Positions 61,801-64,000 of a stretch of 64,000 bases of DNA are shown here, one piece after another. Source of the DNA: Yuukianura sp. NJ FZ-2021 (taxonomy: Eukaryota); assembly GCA_046563655.1 (NCBI GenBank), contig CM102283.1:1798001-1862000 (forward strand). The letters run 5' to 3'. The stretch's first letter is position 1, and each line of letters starts with the position of its first letter. Below the pieces are notes generated by a model. The model had not been told where the DNA came from. It ran no database searches and saw only the letters and a list, made by a program, of their open reading frames with translations. The translations under genes and the position numbers were made by a program.

Positions 61801-63186
61801 TCATTGATTATGTTCCGACTCGATAGAAATTTTGAGCGTGTGACCTCGGATTTTGAGTCCTTGAAATTGTTCTAAAACTTCGGTGGCTAATTCAGCTGAT
61901 GAAAATCTGACATAAGCGGTTGGATTTTCCGCTGCTTGGCCGATTGACATTTGAGATGCGTCGGGGTCAAACTGTTTCATTGGAAAAGTCACAGAAGTTG
62001 ATTTTGGAAACAAACTTTTGAGGTCATTCAAGGTCAAGCTCAGCGGCAAATTCGTAATTTTGAGCCTGAAACGAAACAATTTAAAACGTTTTATAAAAAA
62101 AAAACTTGACTTTCGTTGAAGAAAAGTTTTTTTTTACACTGCGTGCTCCCAGGAATCGGATTTCTTCGGTTCAGACAAAAAAGATGCTGCTCCGAGACTA
62201 GCTTTAGAATTGTTGGTGGCAGCAGTGGCGCGAGATTTTGAATTTGCAGTACTCGATTTCCCATTAGGCGGTATTTTTGGTTGACTCGGCGGAAGCCACT
62301 CTTCCCGAGCATTTCCAAACTTTACCGAACGAACTTCAGCAGCACCTCGCGTAACCGACTTTGTTGTAGGAACGAAACTCTCTTCTGAATTTGCGTTGTC
62401 CAGATCTTCAAAATCTTGATCCTTCTTCTTCTTGGACAATTTTTTGGAAGATTCACGCAGCGATTTTGACATTGCTTTGGCAATTCTTTGTCGCATGGCT
62501 TGGTCCATCAGGAATTGCTCAATCAAGGAAGAAGTTCGTGACGGTTCGTTGGATTCTACACGACCATGATGACTACTCTGACGGCGACTTTCTATTGGTG
62601 GATACTCCGGAAGTTGTGCTTGGGTAGGTCGTCGTCGATCTTCGCGTTGAGCGGAGTACATGGCACGCAGAACGGCTTCGGTCTCTTGTTTCTGCTGAAG
62701 ACATTTCGCGCCTTCACGGCGCCATTTTTCAATTCGGGCTCGTTTGGCTTCCGGACTCGTCGCGGTTTCACTGGGAATGAACGGCGGTTTCGGTGGATCG
62801 TCTTCGACGTTTTCTTCGTCGTCGCGTGGCTTTGTGTTGGCTTTGGATTTGACATGGTCACTGTTCCGTCTGCTTGACTTTTCTTCCTTGGCTGCATCTT
62901 TTTGCACCGCGGCGGTGTTCCCATGTGACTTTGACTTGACATGGTCACTGTGCCTTCTATTAGATTTGTCTTCGTCGGTAGTGTCACGGTGCCGGTGGGC
63001 ATGTGACGAAGACTGTTTCGTGTGTCGGGATGGCGAAGAGTCGTCGTGATTCGGACTGTGTCGCTTCGATGTCGATGCCCGTGCACCGCCACTGCTTTTG
63101 TGACTGTGATGTTTACTTTTTGAAGATTTCCGCTCATTTTCGTTCCATCCGTGATGATGGGGCTGTCGACGTTCCTTGTCGTCCAT
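61801..63186 (-). CDS. S/R/H-rich protein with a C-terminal RRM
   Basis: A low-complexity exon splices in phase to VLKITNLP (RNP2)...AYVRF (RNP1)...FQGLKIRGHTLKI. Confidence 0.7.
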
Positions 63187-63830
63187 TCCACCTATCACGG
63201 ATTACTAAAAAAAAATCAAAATTCAATTTTTTTTTTAAATTACGCCATGTTTCTGAAATTTAATTTCACTTCCGAAATTCAAAAGTCGAAACTTTCAAAC
63301 AAAACGGATGTTTGTGCTTGAATTATTTGCTTCTGCAGCAACAGGATGCAAACTATATTTTGAAAGGTTAAAAATTTTATTCTTGTTCCATAATTGAAAT
63401 GTGTTAATTTTTTTCTTAATTGCAAAGGTCATTCTCTTTTTTTAAACTTTTTTTTTTGAAAACAAAACTCTTTTTAAAAAGATTTGAAAATGTTACACTA
63501 AAATAATTTGAGATTAGGGATATTTTGATCCTGACTCGTTGTTCCTTTTGGTTCCATTTCCATTTTTTAAAAACATGATTTTCAAAATTGTTAAATTCTT
63601 AAAACTCTTAAACTAAAAAATCCTACCTTTAAACTGTTTTGTTCGGGCCTTAAAATAATATTTTCTTGAAAATAACAATAACAACTCTGAAAGTTTGAGA
63701 ACATTATAAAAATGGAGTGTAAATAAAACGTTCAAACTCACAAACACTCATAAATCATAAATTATTTTTAAGTAAGAAGGCAACAGAAGAGGAAAGGAAA
63801 ACAGGCGGTTGGGGTAAGGACAAATTGCAT

Positions 63831-64000
63831 CGGTTGTAACCACACAGTGTCACCCCCAACGCCATCTTTGTTGCCATCAGGTGGTTACACTAGGTGGTGA
63901 CATATAGGTATCACCACCCCTAGTTTTCGGAAATAAAACCCTGTCGCCACCGTTTGGTTACCAAAATGATGTGGTTGGTTATGCTATGTGGTTACAACCG
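63831..64000. repeat. MITE-like element at the window edge
   Basis: CGGTTGTAACCACA (63831) is inverted as TGTGGTTACAACCG (63987-64000). A TSD cannot be seen. Confidence 0.5.

Overview
This is eukaryotic, AT-rich, intron-dense arthropod-type DNA. It has short GT-AG introns and TTAGG-type repeats; the style suggests a springtail, which is inference only. Host genes from left to right: a PHOSPHO1/2-like phosphatase, a small Pro-rich gene, Abi, an ABCC4-like transporter that looks broken, a CYP3-clan P450, two tRNA-Ala(AGC), SYF1/XAB2 with C9orf78 nested antisense in an intron, BICRA/GLTSCR1, a RABEPK-like kelch gene and an RRM gene. Two systems stand out. (1) A tandem array of three ~1660-aa NLR-like genes with the layout NACHT - pentapeptide repeats - divergent putative beta-propeller - C-terminal His...NC permuted papain-like (PPPDE/LRAT-type) domain. 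Each is encoded almost entirely by one 5-kb exon, resembles fungal/endosymbiont NACHT-pentapeptide-WD40 proteins, and is most divergent in the putative sensor region. One copy is split by a 5-bp deletion. (2) A complete 6.1-kb Transib transposon with a RAG1-core-like transposase, a 5-bp TSD, asymmetric RSS-like ends and a second spliced gene. An 832-bp non-autonomous relative with perfect CACAGTG heptamers sits inside an ABCC coding exon. Also present are an intron-bearing/intronless tRNA-Ala pair, several MITEs and eroded segmental-duplication remnants. All gene models were spliced by eye and no searches were run.
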